This document shows positions 10,285 through 20,189 of a stretch of DNA of 64,000 bases, in pieces. Position 1 is the stretch's first letter, and each line of letters opens with the position of its first letter. The position numbers and the translations under genes were made by a program. Under the pieces are notes generated by a model, which saw nothing but the letters and a program-made list of their open reading frames with translations, was not told where the DNA came from and made no database searches. Source of the stretch: Candidatus Latescibacterota bacterium (lineage in GTDB: Bacteria > Latescibacterota > UBA2968 > UBA8231); assembly GCA_965217585.1 (NCBI GenBank), contig OZ244561.1:3456001-3520000 (forward strand). Direction: 5' to 3'.

Positions 10285-10893
10285 CTATACTGAGGAGGGG
10301 GCTACCTCGACGCGAGATGGAGCGATGATCTCGTCGATGATGCCGTATTCGACGGCTGCTGCGGCCGACATGAAAAAGTCGCGCTCAGTGTCCTGCTCAA
10401 TGCGCTCCATCGGCTGCCCGGTACACTCGACTAGCACCTCGTTGATCTGCTGGCGCATGGCGATGATCTCGCGGGCGTGGATCTCCACATCGGCCGCTTG
10501 GCCGCCGATCCCGCCCATGGGCTGGTGCAGCAAGACGCGGGCGTTGGGCAGGGCTTGGCGCTTGCCCTTGGTGCCGCCGGCCAATAGCACGGCTCCCATG
10601 CTGGATGCTTGGCCGATGCAGATGGTGGCTATATCGGAGGCCACGTATTGCATGGTGTCGTAGATGGCCATGCCCGCCGAGATCAGCCCGCCGGGGGTAT
10701 TGAGATAGAGTGCGATGTCCTTTTTGGGATCTTCAGAAGCGAGAAAGAGTATCTGGGCGATGATGAGATTGGCGATCGCGTCGTTGATCGGAGTGCCCGC
10801 AAAGATGATGCGGTCCTTGAGCAGCCGCGAGTAGATGTCGTATGAACGCTCTCCTCGGCCCGTCTGTTCGATGACCATTGGAATCAGCGACAT
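10285..10893 (-). CDS. clpP: Clp protease proteolytic subunit
   Basis: [22 protein letters not shown]. Confidence 0.98.
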   Translation of the reverse strand: MSLIPMVIEQTGRGERSYDIYSRLLKDRIIFAGTPINDAIANLIIAQILFLASEDPKKDIALYLNTPGGLISAGMAIYDTMQYVASDIATICIGQASSMGAVLLAGGTKGKRQALPNARVLLHQPMGGIGGQAADVEIHAREIIAMRQQINEVLVECTGQPMERIEQDTERDFFMSAAAAVEYGIIDEIIAPSRVEVAPSSV

Positions 10894-10896
10894 GAT

Positions 10897-12153
10897 TTAT
10901 ACCTTTTCCTCTTTGATTTCGGCTTTGGCGATGAGCAAATCAAAAACCTTTTGGTCTTCCAACTCGCGCCGCAATCCCTCCGCGTTCTGCAAGTCGGCAG
11001 GTTGGACGCCGGCACGGGCGGCGCGCTCGGCGGTGAATTGGGCAAACTCCGCGTCCGTCACTTCGACCCCGGCTTGTTGGCGCACGCTGTCGAGCAGTAG
11101 ATAGCTCTTGAGCTGGCGCGTGGCTTGGGCTCGCTCTTCGTCGCTGTGGCTGTGGTCGTGGTCGTGGTCGTGGTCGTGATTGGCCTGCTCCCGCTCGAGC
11201 GAGTCGAGGTAGTTATCGACCATGCTCTCGGGCAGTTCGAAGTCGTTTTTTAGGATGAGCTGCCCGATTAGGTCGCTGCGCAGGCGCTGCTGGGCCATGT
11301 ATTCCCAGCGCTCTTGGATCTGCCCGCTGAGGTGCTGGCGCAAGTCGTCGAGGGTCTGGAACTGCTCGCCGAGATCCTTGGCGAACTCGTCGTCGAGCTC
11401 GGGCAGGGTGCGCTCGCGCACCTCGTGGGCTGCTACCGCGAAATGCGCGGTCTGGCCGGCGAGCTGTTCGTTGGGTAGGTCCTGTCGGTAGGCGAAGCGG
11501 ACCTTGCGCTCTTCGCCGGCACCCATGCCGACGAGGGCCTCTTCAAACTCGGGGCTGAGGGCGTTCTCGTCGCCGATGAGGATGTGGCGCTTCTCGTACT
11601 TATCGCCAATGATGGGTAGGCCGCTCTCGTCGAGTCGCTGTAAATCCGCGACGAGCACGTCGCCGTTGGTCAATGACCGCTCGACGACTCGCTCAGTGGC
11701 GTGGCGGCGGCGCAGCTCCTCTAGATGCTCGCCGATCTCCTCGTCGGCCACCTCGTGAACCATGCGGGTGGCAGCGAGCTTTTCGTAGTGCTCGGTTTTG
11801 ATTTCGGGCCAGATGTCGAGGGCCGCCGTAAACGTCAGGTTCCCCCCTGGCTCGTGGTCGAGTTGGGAAATTTGGGGCGGCGCGGCCGGCCGCAGGCCCG
11901 CCTCGCGCGTGGCTTCTTCTAGGAGCGAGGGGAGGAGATCGCCGAGGACTTCGCCGCGGATGGAACTGCCGAAGCGTGATTCGATGATCCTGAGCGGCAC
12001 TTTACCCTTGCGGAAGCCCGGAATCTCCAGCCGCTTTTGGTATTGACGCAGTGCCTTATTGAAGGAGGCGTCGATGCGCGCGGCCTCGACTTCAACGGCT
12101 AGCTCGCGTGCCCATTGGCCCTTCTCTGTGACATGAGTCTTCACGAAACGCAA
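10897..12153 (-). CDS. tig: Trigger factor
   Basis: GFRKGKVP ribosome-binding motif; tig-clpP-clpX order. Confidence 0.95.
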   Translation of the reverse strand: MRFVKTHVTEKGQWARELAVEVEAARIDASFNKALRQYQKRLEIPGFRKGKVPLRIIESRFGSSIRGEVLGDLLPSLLEEATREAGLRPAAPPQISQLDHEPGGNLTFTAALDIWPEIKTEHYEKLAATRMVHEVADEEIGEHLEELRRRHATERVVERSLTNGDVLVADLQRLDESGLPIIGDKYEKRHILIGDENALSPEFEEALVGMGAGEERKVRFAYRQDLPNEQLAGQTAHFAVAAHEVRERTLPELDDEFAKDLGEQFQTLDDLRQHLSGQIQERWEYMAQQRLRSDLIGQLILKNDFELPESMVDNYLDSLEREQANHDHDHDHDHSHSDEERAQATRQLKSYLLLDSVRQQAGVEVTDAEFAQFTAERAARAGVQPADLQNAEGLRRELEDQKVFDLLIAKAEIKEEKV

Positions 12154-12208
12154 CCCTTACAAGGCTAGGGCGCACCGCCGGACCGCGGGCGGTGCGCTCG
12201 TATGTTCA

Positions 12209-12295
12209 TGGTGCGAAAGGGGGGACTCGAACCCCCAAGCCCTTTCGGGCACTAGATCCTAAATCTAGCGCGTCTGCCAGTTCCGCCACTTTCGC
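12209..12295 (-). tRNA. tRNA-Leu (anticodon TAG)
   Basis: Acceptor stem GCGAAAG/CTTTCGC plus ACCA; D-loop TGG; anticodon arm CTAGA-TT-TAG-GA-TCTAG; long variable arm; GTTCGAGT T-loop. Confidence 0.97.
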
Positions 12296-12388
12296 TATAC
12301 TGGATACCGCATCACAACGCGAAAATCGGCGACTAGGGAGGATTATATCCCAAGCGCGAAGGATAATATCAGGATTTATACTACTGGG

Positions 12389-13762
12389 TCAAGGGATTTG
12401 CCAAGCATCCATGCGGCTCTCAAGGTGGGTGCGCAACTCGGCTATGGGCACCCGCTCTTGGGCCATGGTGTCGCGGGCGCGCACGGTGACGGTCTGGTCC
12501 GCTAGGGTATCCGAATCGACCGTTAGGCAGAACGGCGTCCCCACCTCGTCCATGCGCCGATAGCGGCGGCCGATCGCGCCGCCCTCGTCGTAAAAAACCC
12601 GCATGTAAGGCCGGAGGTCCTCGGCGACTTGCCGGGCGATGGCGGGCATGCCGTCGCGCTTGACGAGGGGCAATACCGCCGCTTTGATCGGCGCAATGCG
12701 CGGGTGCAAGCGCATCACTATCCGCGTCTCGCCCCTGACCTCTTCCTCGTGGTATGCTTCGACTAAGCAGGCCATGCAAGTGCGGCTGGCCCCTATTGAG
12801 GTTTCTACTACGTAGGGTACGAACTTGGTGCGCTGCTGCTCGTCGAAGTACTTGAGCTGTTTGCCCGAAAATGTTTCGTGCTGCGACAAATCGTAGTCGC
12901 CGCGATTGTGGATGCCCTCGATCTCGCCTAGGCCAAAGGGAAACTCGTACTGAATGTCGAAGGCGACACGGGCATAATGGGCCAGTTCGTCTCCCTGATG
13001 TTCGTGCCAGCTCAACTTGCCCTCGGGCAGGCCGATTTGCGCGAACCACTTCCAGCGCTCCTCGCGCCAATAGTCGAACCACTCGTCTTGGGTGCCCGGC
13101 GCGACGAAGTACTGCATCTCCATCTGCTCGAATTCCCGCGTGCGGAAGAGGAAATTCTTGGTGTTGATCTCGTTGCGGAATGCCTTGCCGATCTGGGCGA
13201 TACCAAAGGGCAACTTCTGGCGCGTCGCCGCTTGCACGTTGAGGTAGTTGACGAAGATGCCCTGCGCCGTCTCGGGGCGGAGAAAGACCCGCGCACTGTC
13301 GTCTTCGAGCGGGCCGACGAAGGTCTTGAACATCAGGTTGAATTGTCGCGGGTCGCTCAGTTCGTTGCCCTTGGGGCTTTTGATGTCGCGCTCGCGCAGC
13401 AGCGCACCCATATCCTCGGCACTCAGGCCGGCTACGTCGATGCCGTTTTCTTCGAGGAGTTGGTCGAGCCGAAAGCGCTCGTTGGTCTTGCGATCTTCGA
13501 CCATGGGGTCGGTAAAGCTGTCGACGTGGCCCGATGCTTCCCACACCCGCTGATTCATGAGGATGCTGGCGTCGATGCCCTCTACGTCCTCTCGGTAGGT
13601 CATGGCCCTCCACCAGACCTCTTTGATGTTGCGCAACAGTTCGACGCCCAAAGGGCCGTAATCCCAGCAGCCGTTGAGGCCACCGTAGATTTCCGAGCTT
13701 TGAAAGATGAAGCCTTTGCGTTTGCACAGGGATACTAGTTTTTCCATTGCGTCGTCAGACAT
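12389..13762 (-). CDS. glyQS: Glycine--tRNA ligase, alpha2 (homodimeric) type
   Basis: SSEIYGG, LRPETAQGIF, FRTREFEQME, IGRRYRRMDEVGTP. Confidence 0.96.
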   Translation of the reverse strand: MSDDAMEKLVSLCKRKGFIFQSSEIYGGLNGCWDYGPLGVELLRNIKEVWWRAMTYREDVEGIDASILMNQRVWEASGHVDSFTDPMVEDRKTNERFRLDQLLEENGIDVAGLSAEDMGALLRERDIKSPKGNELSDPRQFNLMFKTFVGPLEDDSARVFLRPETAQGIFVNYLNVQAATRQKLPFGIAQIGKAFRNEINTKNFLFRTREFEQMEMQYFVAPGTQDEWFDYWREERWKWFAQIGLPEGKLSWHEHQGDELAHYARVAFDIQYEFPFGLGEIEGIHNRGDYDLSQHETFSGKQLKYFDEQQRTKFVPYVVETSIGASRTCMACLVEAYHEEEVRGETRIVMRLHPRIAPIKAAVLPLVKRDGMPAIARQVAEDLRPYMRVFYDEGGAIGRRYRRMDEVGTPFCLTVDSDTLADQTVTVRARDTMAQERVPIAELRTHLESRMDAWQIP

Positions 13763-13778
13763 GAAAATCTCCAATAAG

Positions 13779-14558
13779 TTAGGCGGGTAAGGCGGCCCTG
13801 TTGAGGCCATCGAAAAAGTCGAGCGATTTGAGCCGGCTGTGCTCGCCCCCGTGGTACTCTAGAAAGCCGCGCAAAGCCATGCGGATCTCGCCGCGCTGGG
13901 CAGGGGCTTGGGGGATAGCCTCCTTGCTGTAGGTCCTAAGACCCTGGAGGACGGTGAGAAAGCGCAAGCTGCGTTGGGCTAAACGGACTCCGTTTCCGGG
14001 TCCGCAGGCGGCGCACAGGCTGCCCCCTAGGGCTGCGCTGAACCACGACGAGGGTCCGACTAGCTCGCGTTGGCAGGTAATGCACTGGCGCAGCTCCGGG
14101 CGGTAGCCGAGGGCCGCAGCGGCGCGTAGCTGGAAGTACCAGAACAGCGATTCGACCTGCTCTGGCTCTACTTCGACAAGCCCGTGCAATACCCCGGATA
14201 GGCACTGGTAGAGCCGGGGGTTGCCCTCGCCTTCGATTGTCAGGCGGTCAATCAGCTCGCAGGCGGCGCTGCCAAAGGAAAGTCGCTCTAGGCTTTGCGA
14301 TAGATCGGGTGCTGGTGTGAGCAGAGTGCATTCGCTCAGGGTTTGCAGGTCGCGGGTTTCTTTGACGTAGCAGACGGCTTGGACCTCGGTCATCAGGCCG
14401 AGCGCGGCGCCGAACCGGCTCTTGGGCTTGCGGGCACCCCGGGCCATGGCCTTGAGCTTGCCGCACTCCTGAGCGTAGAATGTCACTAGGCTGCTGGTCT
14501 CGCCCATGCGCATGGTGCGCAGCACGATGGCGCGCGTTTTGACGATAGTGCGCGGCAT
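13779..14558 (-). CDS. recO: DNA repair protein RecO
   Basis: AIVLR..GETS, ARGARKPKSRF, Zn finger CITC..CAAC. Confidence 0.93.
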   Translation of the reverse strand: MPRTIVKTRAIVLRTMRMGETSSLVTFYAQECGKLKAMARGARKPKSRFGAALGLMTEVQAVCYVKETRDLQTLSECTLLTPAPDLSQSLERLSFGSAACELIDRLTIEGEGNPRLYQCLSGVLHGLVEVEPEQVESLFWYFQLRAAAALGYRPELRQCITCQRELVGPSSWFSAALGGSLCAACGPGNGVRLAQRSLRFLTVLQGLRTYSKEAIPQAPAQRGEIRMALRGFLEYHGGEHSRLKSLDFFDGLNRAALPA

Positions 14559-14561
14559 AGG

Positions 14562-14843
14562 TCAATCGCCCTCTTCCGCAGGCAGGGGAATGACCACCTC
14601 ACCCGGTTTGACCAAGCCGAGATCTTCGCGCGCGACCCTTTCGATGAAATCTATGTCGCCTTCGAGCAATTTTAGCACTTGGCGCAAACTGTCGGTCTCG
14701 GCCTGTAGTTGGTTCACCTGCGCTTCGAGCTCTGTTAGGGTCTTCTCTTCCTCCCACACCTTGTAGAACAGCCCATTGCCAAAGGCCACGTAAGCCACCA
14801 GAGCGAGGAAGGCGATCAACAAGATCTTGGCCGTTTTAGTCAC
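14562..14843 (-). CDS. ftsB: FtsB/DivIC septum formation initiator
   Basis: N-terminal TM, FGNG, coiled coil, ERVAREDLGLVKPGE. Confidence 0.85.
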   Translation of the reverse strand: MTKTAKILLIAFLALVAYVAFGNGLFYKVWEEEKTLTELEAQVNQLQAETDSLRQVLKLLEGDIDFIERVAREDLGLVKPGEVVIPLPAEEGD

Positions 14844-14850
14844 GTCGATT

Positions 14851-15996
14851 TTAGAATAAGACGAGGTCGTCGCGGTGGATGACTTCGCGGGCGGGGCGGC
14901 CTAGCGCGTTTGCGACTTCGGGCGAGCTCATGCCTAATATGCGGCGCAGCTCAGAGGACGAGTAGCGGCACAAGCCCCGCCCCAGCTTCTCGCCGTGCTC
15001 GCCGATCACCTGCACCACGTCGCCAGCGGCAAACTCGCCCTCGCAGGAGACGACCCCCACCGGGAGCAGGCTCTTGTCCTGCTCGGCGATGGCGCGCTGG
15101 GCACCGCGGTCAACCACCGCGCTGCCACAGCACTGGCTGGCAAAGCCGATCCAACGATGTCGGCTGTTGAGCTTGCGGCCGGTTGGCAGAAAGAGCGTCC
15201 CCTGCTCGCGGCCGGCGAGGATGTGGCGCAATCGGTGTTTGCGCCCGTGCGCGATGACCGCCATTTCGCCGCAGGCCATCAAGAGCCGCGCGGCCTGTAG
15301 CTTAGTCGCCATGCCGCCACTGCCGCGCCCGTCGAGCGAGCGACCAATCATCCCCTCTAGATCGAGGCTGTCTTGGCTCACTTGGCTCACTAGCTTGCCT
15401 TCGGGGCCGCGCGGGCCGAAGGCGTGGTAAAGCCCCTCGACATCCGAGAAAATGACCAGCATATCCGCCCGGATCAGGTTCGTTACGTAAGCGGCGAGCA
15501 TGTCGTTTTCCCCGAGCTGGCGCCGGAGCTCGGCAATGGCGACGCTGTCGTTTTCGTTGATTAGGGGTACGGCCCCATAGGCGAAGAGGTTGCGGAAGGT
15601 GTTTTCGAGATTTACGTAGCGATGGCGGTCGCCGAGGATATCTTCGGCGGTTAAGAGCACTTGGCCGATGGGCACGCCTCGGCCGCGGAACTTGGCCTTG
15701 TAGATATCCATCAACAGAACTTGGCCGATGGCCGCGAGGGCTTGTAGTTGGGCGATGTTGTCTGGACGTTTGTCCAACCCCATCCGCCCCATGCCCGCAG
15801 CCACCGCTCCCGAGGTGACAATCGCCACCTCCAAGCCCTGTGAGCGCAATTCGACCACGTCTTCGACGAGCTGTGCGACGATCTCATCGTCGAGCTTGTG
15901 GCACCGAGTGGTCAGGGCGCTGCTGCCGATCTTGACTACCAGCCGCTGCACCTCGCTCATCAGTGCCTGCCGTGGTACTTCGCTTGCCTCGGTCAC
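14851..15996 (-). CDS. proB: Glutamate 5-kinase (with PUA domain)
   Basis: VVKIGSS, TSGAVAAG, INENDSV, GSGGMATK; GTG start overlapping the hisF stop. Confidence 0.95.
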   Translation of the reverse strand: MTEASEVPRQALMSEVQRLVVKIGSSALTTRCHKLDDEIVAQLVEDVVELRSQGLEVAIVTSGAVAAGMGRMGLDKRPDNIAQLQALAAIGQVLLMDIYKAKFRGRGVPIGQVLLTAEDILGDRHRYVNLENTFRNLFAYGAVPLINENDSVAIAELRRQLGENDMLAAYVTNLIRADMLVIFSDVEGLYHAFGPRGPEGKLVSQVSQDSLDLEGMIGRSLDGRGSGGMATKLQAARLLMACGEMAVIAHGRKHRLRHILAGREQGTLFLPTGRKLNSRHRWIGFASQCCGSAVVDRGAQRAIAEQDKSLLPVGVVSCEGEFAAGDVVQVIGEHGEKLGRGLCRYSSSELRRILGMSSPEVANALGRPAREVIHRDDLVLF

Positions 15997-16766
15997 TGGC
16001 GCACCATTACCCCGCGCTCGCGCAGAAAGCTCTTGACTTCGGGAATCGAGTAATGCTGGAAGTGGAAGATGGAAGCCGCCAGCGCGGCGCTGGCCTCGCC
16101 CGCGGTCAGCACCTCGTGGATGTGGTCGAGGTTGCCGGCGCCGCCCGAAGCGACGATGGGTACATCCACGCGGCGCGCCACCGCTTGGTTTAGCGCGAGG
16201 TCGTACCCGGCGCGCGTCCCGTCGGCGTCGATGCTGTTGAGCACCAACTCGCCCGCTCCGCGATCGACGAGGGCCTCCACCCACTCTAAGGCGTCGATGC
16301 CGGTGGCCTTGCGGCCGCCGTTGATGTACAACTCCCACGACGGCGGCTCGCCGGGCACGGCTGGACGCCTAAGCGCGTCGATGGCCGCGACGATGCACTG
16401 CGAGCCGAAGCTCTCCGCGCTTTGGTTGATGATTTCCGGCGAATACACATGGGCCGAGTTGATCGAGACCTTGTCGGCGCCGGTCTTGAGAATGTGGCGC
16501 ACGTCCGCGAAGGTGCGAATCCCGCCGCCGACCATCAGGGGAATGAAGACCCGCTCGGAGACTTGGCGCACGAGGTCCATGACAATGGCGCGGCCATCGG
16601 CTGAAGCCGTGATGTCGTAGAAGACGAGCTCGTCCGCGCCTTCGGCATCGTAGCGCGCGGCTAGCTCGACGGGGTCACCGGCGTCGCGGTCGGCCGAAAA
16701 GCGCACCCCGCGCACGTTGCGGCCATTTTTGACATCTAGACAGGGAATGATTCGCTTGGCGAGCAT
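15993..16766 (-). CDS. hisF: Imidazole glycerol phosphate synthase cyclase subunit
   Basis: MLAKRIIPCLDV, GADELVFYDI, VGGGIR, ASGGAG. Confidence 0.97.
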   Translation of the reverse strand: MLAKRIIPCLDVKNGRNVRGVRFSADRDAGDPVELAARYDAEGADELVFYDITASADGRAIVMDLVRQVSERVFIPLMVGGGIRTFADVRHILKTGADKVSINSAHVYSPEIINQSAESFGSQCIVAAIDALRRPAVPGEPPSWELYINGGRKATGIDALEWVEALVDRGAGELVLNSIDADGTRAGYDLALNQAVARRVDVPIVASGGAGNLDHIHEVLTAGEASAALAASIFHFQHYSIPEVKSFLRERGVMVRQ

Positions 16767-16779
16767 ATCTCATATCTCT

Positions 16780-17382
16780 TCAGCGCAGGTGCGCGAAGTT
16801 GTCGAGGAGGCGCAAGCCGTGGGCTTGGCTCTTTTCTGGATGAAATTGCACGCCAAAGACGCGGCCGCTCCCAGCGACTGAGGTGTAGTCAATCCCGTAG
16901 TCAGTCGTGGCAACGCAATCGCCTGTGTTGTCGTTTACCACGTAGTAAGAATGCACAAAGTAGAAAAAACTCCCTTCGGGTACACCCTCTAAGAGCGAGA
17001 CCTTGCGCTTGATGGCGATTTGGTTCCAGCCGATGTGCGGCACTCGCTCTTTAGGGGGGAAGCGCACGCATTTCCCCGGCAGGATTCCGAGGCCGCGATG
17101 CCTGCCCATTTCCTCGCTTTCCCCGAACATGAGCTGTAGCCCCACGCAGATGCCTAAGAAGGGCTTGTCGGCTGCGAGGCCCTCGGCGATGGCTGCGTCC
17201 CAACCGGCAGCCTGCAAGTTGTGCATGGCATCGCCAAAGGCCGCGTCCCCAGGCAATACGAGATGCGTGGCCGCGCGTAGGCGTTCGGGGGCTTCGACGA
17301 TCTCGGCCGCATAGCCGAGGAATTCGAAGGCTTTCTGCACGCTGCGCAAATTGCCCATGCCGTAGTCGATGACCGCGATCAC
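16780..17382 (-). CDS. hisH: Imidazole glycerol phosphate synthase glutaminase subunit
   Basis: VIDYGMGNLRSV, GICVG, FVHSY, QFHPEKS. Confidence 0.96.
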   Translation of the reverse strand: MIAVIDYGMGNLRSVQKAFEFLGYAAEIVEAPERLRAATHLVLPGDAAFGDAMHNLQAAGWDAAIAEGLAADKPFLGICVGLQLMFGESEEMGRHRGLGILPGKCVRFPPKERVPHIGWNQIAIKRKVSLLEGVPEGSFFYFVHSYYVVNDNTGDCVATTDYGIDYTSVAGSGRVFGVQFHPEKSQAHGLRLLDNFAHLR

Positions 17383-18185
17383 GATTGCCCCAGTTCGGCG
17401 GAGCGCTCGGCTGCGGCCAGCACGGCGCTGATCAGGGCGTCGCGCAGCCCTTTTTCTTCTAGCTTGTGTAGCCCTGCGGCCGTAGTCCCGCCCGGCGAAG
17501 TAACTTGGTCCCTGAGCACGGCCGGATGCTCGCCGCTTTCGAGCACGAGGCGCGCGGCACCGAGCAGGGTTTGCGCGGCGAGTGTTAATGCGGTTTCGCG
17601 CGGCAAGCCGGCGCGCACGCCGCCGTCGGCGAGGGCCTCGACGACGGTGTAAGCCCAAGCCGGGCCGCTGCCGGAAAGCCCCGTAACGGCGTCCATGAGG
17701 CTTTCGGCGACCTCGACCGTCGTGCCGACCAAGTCGAAGAGAGACCGCACTTGCGCCACCTGCTCCGCGCTGGCAGCGCGACCGGCGCAGAGGGCGCAAG
17801 CCGCACCCCGCACCTTCACCAGCGTCTGTGGCATGACGCGCACTACGGGCATTTGCGCGGGCAGCAGCTCCTCAAGCCGGGCGGTCGATACGCCGGCCAT
17901 GAGTGAGACGACGACCTGCTGGGTACTGAAGTGCGCGGCTAGCGCCTTCAATACCGGAGCGGCCATTTGCGGCTTAAGCACCAAGACCACCAAGTCCTGA
18001 CCGTGGACGGCATCTGCGGCGTCGGTGCTGGTGTGTACGCCCAGCGCCGACAAGCCTTCGAGAGCCTCCGGCCTGATGTCGGCCGCGGTTATCTGACCCG
18101 AAGGGAACTGGCCAACCAAACCCTCAATCAGCGCCCGTCCCATGTTGCCGGTGCCCACAAACCCCAATTTGCTTTTTTCGATCAT
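17379..18185 (-). CDS. proC: Pyrroline-5-carboxylate reductase
   Basis: GFVGTGNMG, TGLSGSGPA, VTSPGGTT. Confidence 0.96.
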   Translation of the reverse strand: MIEKSKLGFVGTGNMGRALIEGLVGQFPSGQITAADIRPEALEGLSALGVHTSTDAADAVHGQDLVVLVLKPQMAAPVLKALAAHFSTQQVVVSLMAGVSTARLEELLPAQMPVVRVMPQTLVKVRGAACALCAGRAASAEQVAQVRSLFDLVGTTVEVAESLMDAVTGLSGSGPAWAYTVVEALADGGVRAGLPRETALTLAAQTLLGAARLVLESGEHPAVLRDQVTSPGGTTAAGLHKLEEKGLRDALISAVLAAAERSAELGQS

Positions 18186-18306
18186 CAATTTTTCAGATCC
18201 ACGAAATACGACAAATCCCAAATGCAAAATTAAAATGGCCGTTTTAGCAAATTATGTCAAACTCCCTAGTAGGGACGTTTCTCCTATGAAAAAGCTACAT
18301 TTTTGC

Positions 18307-18334
18307 TTGACTTATACTGCCCTCGTACTATATT
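18307..18334 (+). promoter_or_regulatory. Putative sigma70 promoter for the SWIB gene
   Basis: TTGACT-N16-TATATT in an AT-rich intergenic region. Confidence 0.55.
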
Positions 18335-18460
18335 GGAAGATAATATTGTAGCTTCACAAAGCGGGTAAAATCGGCCTTAAATCTAAGAGGCGGAAGAGGC
18401 CGAGAAACCGAATTCTCAAACCCCTCTCGCGGGTTTTACCCAGTCAAAGGAGAACTTTTC

Positions 18461-18970
18461 ATGGCGAAGAAGAAGCCTGCCGCCAAGAAGGCTACTGCCA
18501 AGAAGGCTACTGCCAAGAAGGCTACTGCCAAGAAGGCTACTGCCAAGAAGCCCGTTGCTAAGAAGGCTGCTGCCAAGAAGGCTACTGCCAAGAAGAAGCC
18601 CGCCGCCAAGAAGGCTGCTGCCAAGAAGCCCGCTGCCAAGAAGAAGCCCGCTGCCAAGAAGGCTGCTGCCGCGAAGAAGCCCACCGCCAAGAAGCCCACC
18701 GCCAAGAAGAAGGCGAAGCGCAAGCCCAATCCCGCCTTTATGAGGCCCTTGCAGCCCGACGCCGCCCTGGGGGCCATAGTCGGTAACAAGCCATTGCCGC
18801 GCACTCAGATCACCAAGAAAATCTGGGCGTACATCAAGAAGAACGGCCTGCAAGACGAGCAAAACAAGCGCATGATCAATGCCGACGACAAGCTCCAAGC
18901 CATCTTCGGTGGTGAAAAGCAAGTGAGCATGTTTGATCTGACCAAACGGGTTAGTGAGCATGTGGAATAG
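18461..18970 (+). CDS. SWIB/MDM2-domain protein with histone-H1-like Lys/Ala/Pro N-terminal tail
   Basis: About 85 aa of [10 protein letters not shown] repeats, then [32 protein letters not shown]; AAGGAG RBS. Confidence 0.9.
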   Translation: MAKKKPAAKKATAKKATAKKATAKKATAKKPVAKKAAAKKATAKKKPAAKKAAAKKPAAKKKPAAKKAAAAKKPTAKKPTAKKKAKRKPNPAFMRPLQPDAALGAIVGNKPLPRTQITKKIWAYIKKNGLQDEQNKRMINADDKLQAIFGGEKQVSMFDLTKRVSEHVE

Positions 18971-19007
18971 CTACTCTTGAGCAGGACGTTTTATAGTCTA
19001 GTGCATT

Positions 19008-19040
19008 GAGAGGGATTCCCGGTGGGGAGTCCCTCTCTTT
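19008..19040 (+). terminator. Rho-independent terminator
   Basis: GAGAGGGATTCCC-ggtg-GGGAGTCCCTCTC followed by TTT. Confidence 0.8.
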
Positions 19041-19054
19041 GTTAAATTACTCTC

Positions 19055-20110
19055 GTGTCTATGACCCCTGAATTCGCGCTGATCTTAGCCGTCAGCATCG
19101 TCCTCGTCGTATCCTGTGTTTGTTCGCTCTTGGAAGCGGCGCTCTACTCGCTGCCGGCCAGTCAAATCGAAATGCTGGCTGGTCAAGGGCGCACTTCGGG
19201 CAAGATCCTCAAGAGCTTGCACGCTGATATCCAGCGCCCCATCTCGGCCATCCTCACGCTGAACACCTTGGCCAATACTGGCGGAGCCGCCATTGCCGGA
19301 GCCGCCTTTGTCGGAGTATTTCCGCAGACGCCAGAGACGTACTTTACCATCGCTATCTCGCTGGGAGTATTGATTTTTTCGGAGATTATCCCCAAGACGG
19401 CGGGGGTGGTGTACGCCCGGTCCCTGGCTCGGTTGATCGCCCATCCGATCCAATGGCTGGTGTGGCTGTTCGCACCCTTTATCTGGCTCAACAAATTCAT
19501 CGTTCGGCTCATCACAGCCGGGGTACCAGACGTGCCGGTGGTGGTGCCGGAAGAGATTGAGATTATCGCGCAGATGAGCCGCCGCTCTGGCACCATATCG
19601 TCCAACCAAGAGCGCGTCATCCAAAACATCCTCAAGCTCGACGAGTTGCGGGCGCGCGATATAATGACCCCGCGCACAGTAGTCCACTGCCTCGACCGCG
19701 ACTTGACCTTGGCCGAGGCCCGCGAACAGTCTGGTATCTGGTCTCACAGCCGGGTGCCACTCTATCAGGGAGAGCGGGAAAACATCGTTGGCTTAGTGCT
19801 GCGGCGCGATGCGTTCAGCGCCTTGGCCGATGGCCGCGACCAAGCCAAGCTCTTTGAGGTGGGCCGCTCCATCCATTCGGTGCCCGAGTCGGCGCGGGCT
19901 AGCCGCCTGCTCGAAGAATTCATCCAGCGGCGCGAGCACCTTTTTGCCGTCGTCGATGAATACGGTGGCTTCGCCGGCATCGTTACTTTGGAGGACGTGA
20001 TTGAAGAAATCGTCGGCCATGAAATCGTCGACGAATCCGATTCAGCCGTCGATATGCAGGAGCGCGCGCGACAGGAGCGCCAAGACCTGACCGACTCAGC
20101 ACCGGAATGA
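19055..20110 (+). CDS. CNNM (DUF21) + CBS-pair hemolysin/CorB-like membrane protein
   Basis: EAALYS, SEIIPKT, IMTPRT, HSRVP, VVDEYGG..GIVTLEDVIE. Confidence 0.9.
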   Translation: MSMTPEFALILAVSIVLVVSCVCSLLEAALYSLPASQIEMLAGQGRTSGKILKSLHADIQRPISAILTLNTLANTGGAAIAGAAFVGVFPQTPETYFTIAISLGVLIFSEIIPKTAGVVYARSLARLIAHPIQWLVWLFAPFIWLNKFIVRLITAGVPDVPVVVPEEIEIIAQMSRRSGTISSNQERVIQNILKLDELRARDIMTPRTVVHCLDRDLTLAEAREQSGIWSHSRVPLYQGERENIVGLVLRRDAFSALADGRDQAKLFEVGRSIHSVPESARASRLLEEFIQRREHLFAVVDEYGGFAGIVTLEDVIEEIVGHEIVDESDSAVDMQERARQERQDLTDSAPE

Positions 20111-20189
20111 GGCCGCCTGTTCACTGCATCTTTTTTTAGCTAAGTTTTTACTCGCTGTTAAACCCTCTCAAAAGGAGTATCTACGGACG

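Noticed and set aside
12209-12295. Integration site at the tRNA
   Set aside because: No integrase or duplicated 3' end seen; tig follows directly
18416-18961. Hydrophobic repeat ORFs on the minus strand
   Set aside because: Antisense shadows of the Lys/Ala repeat
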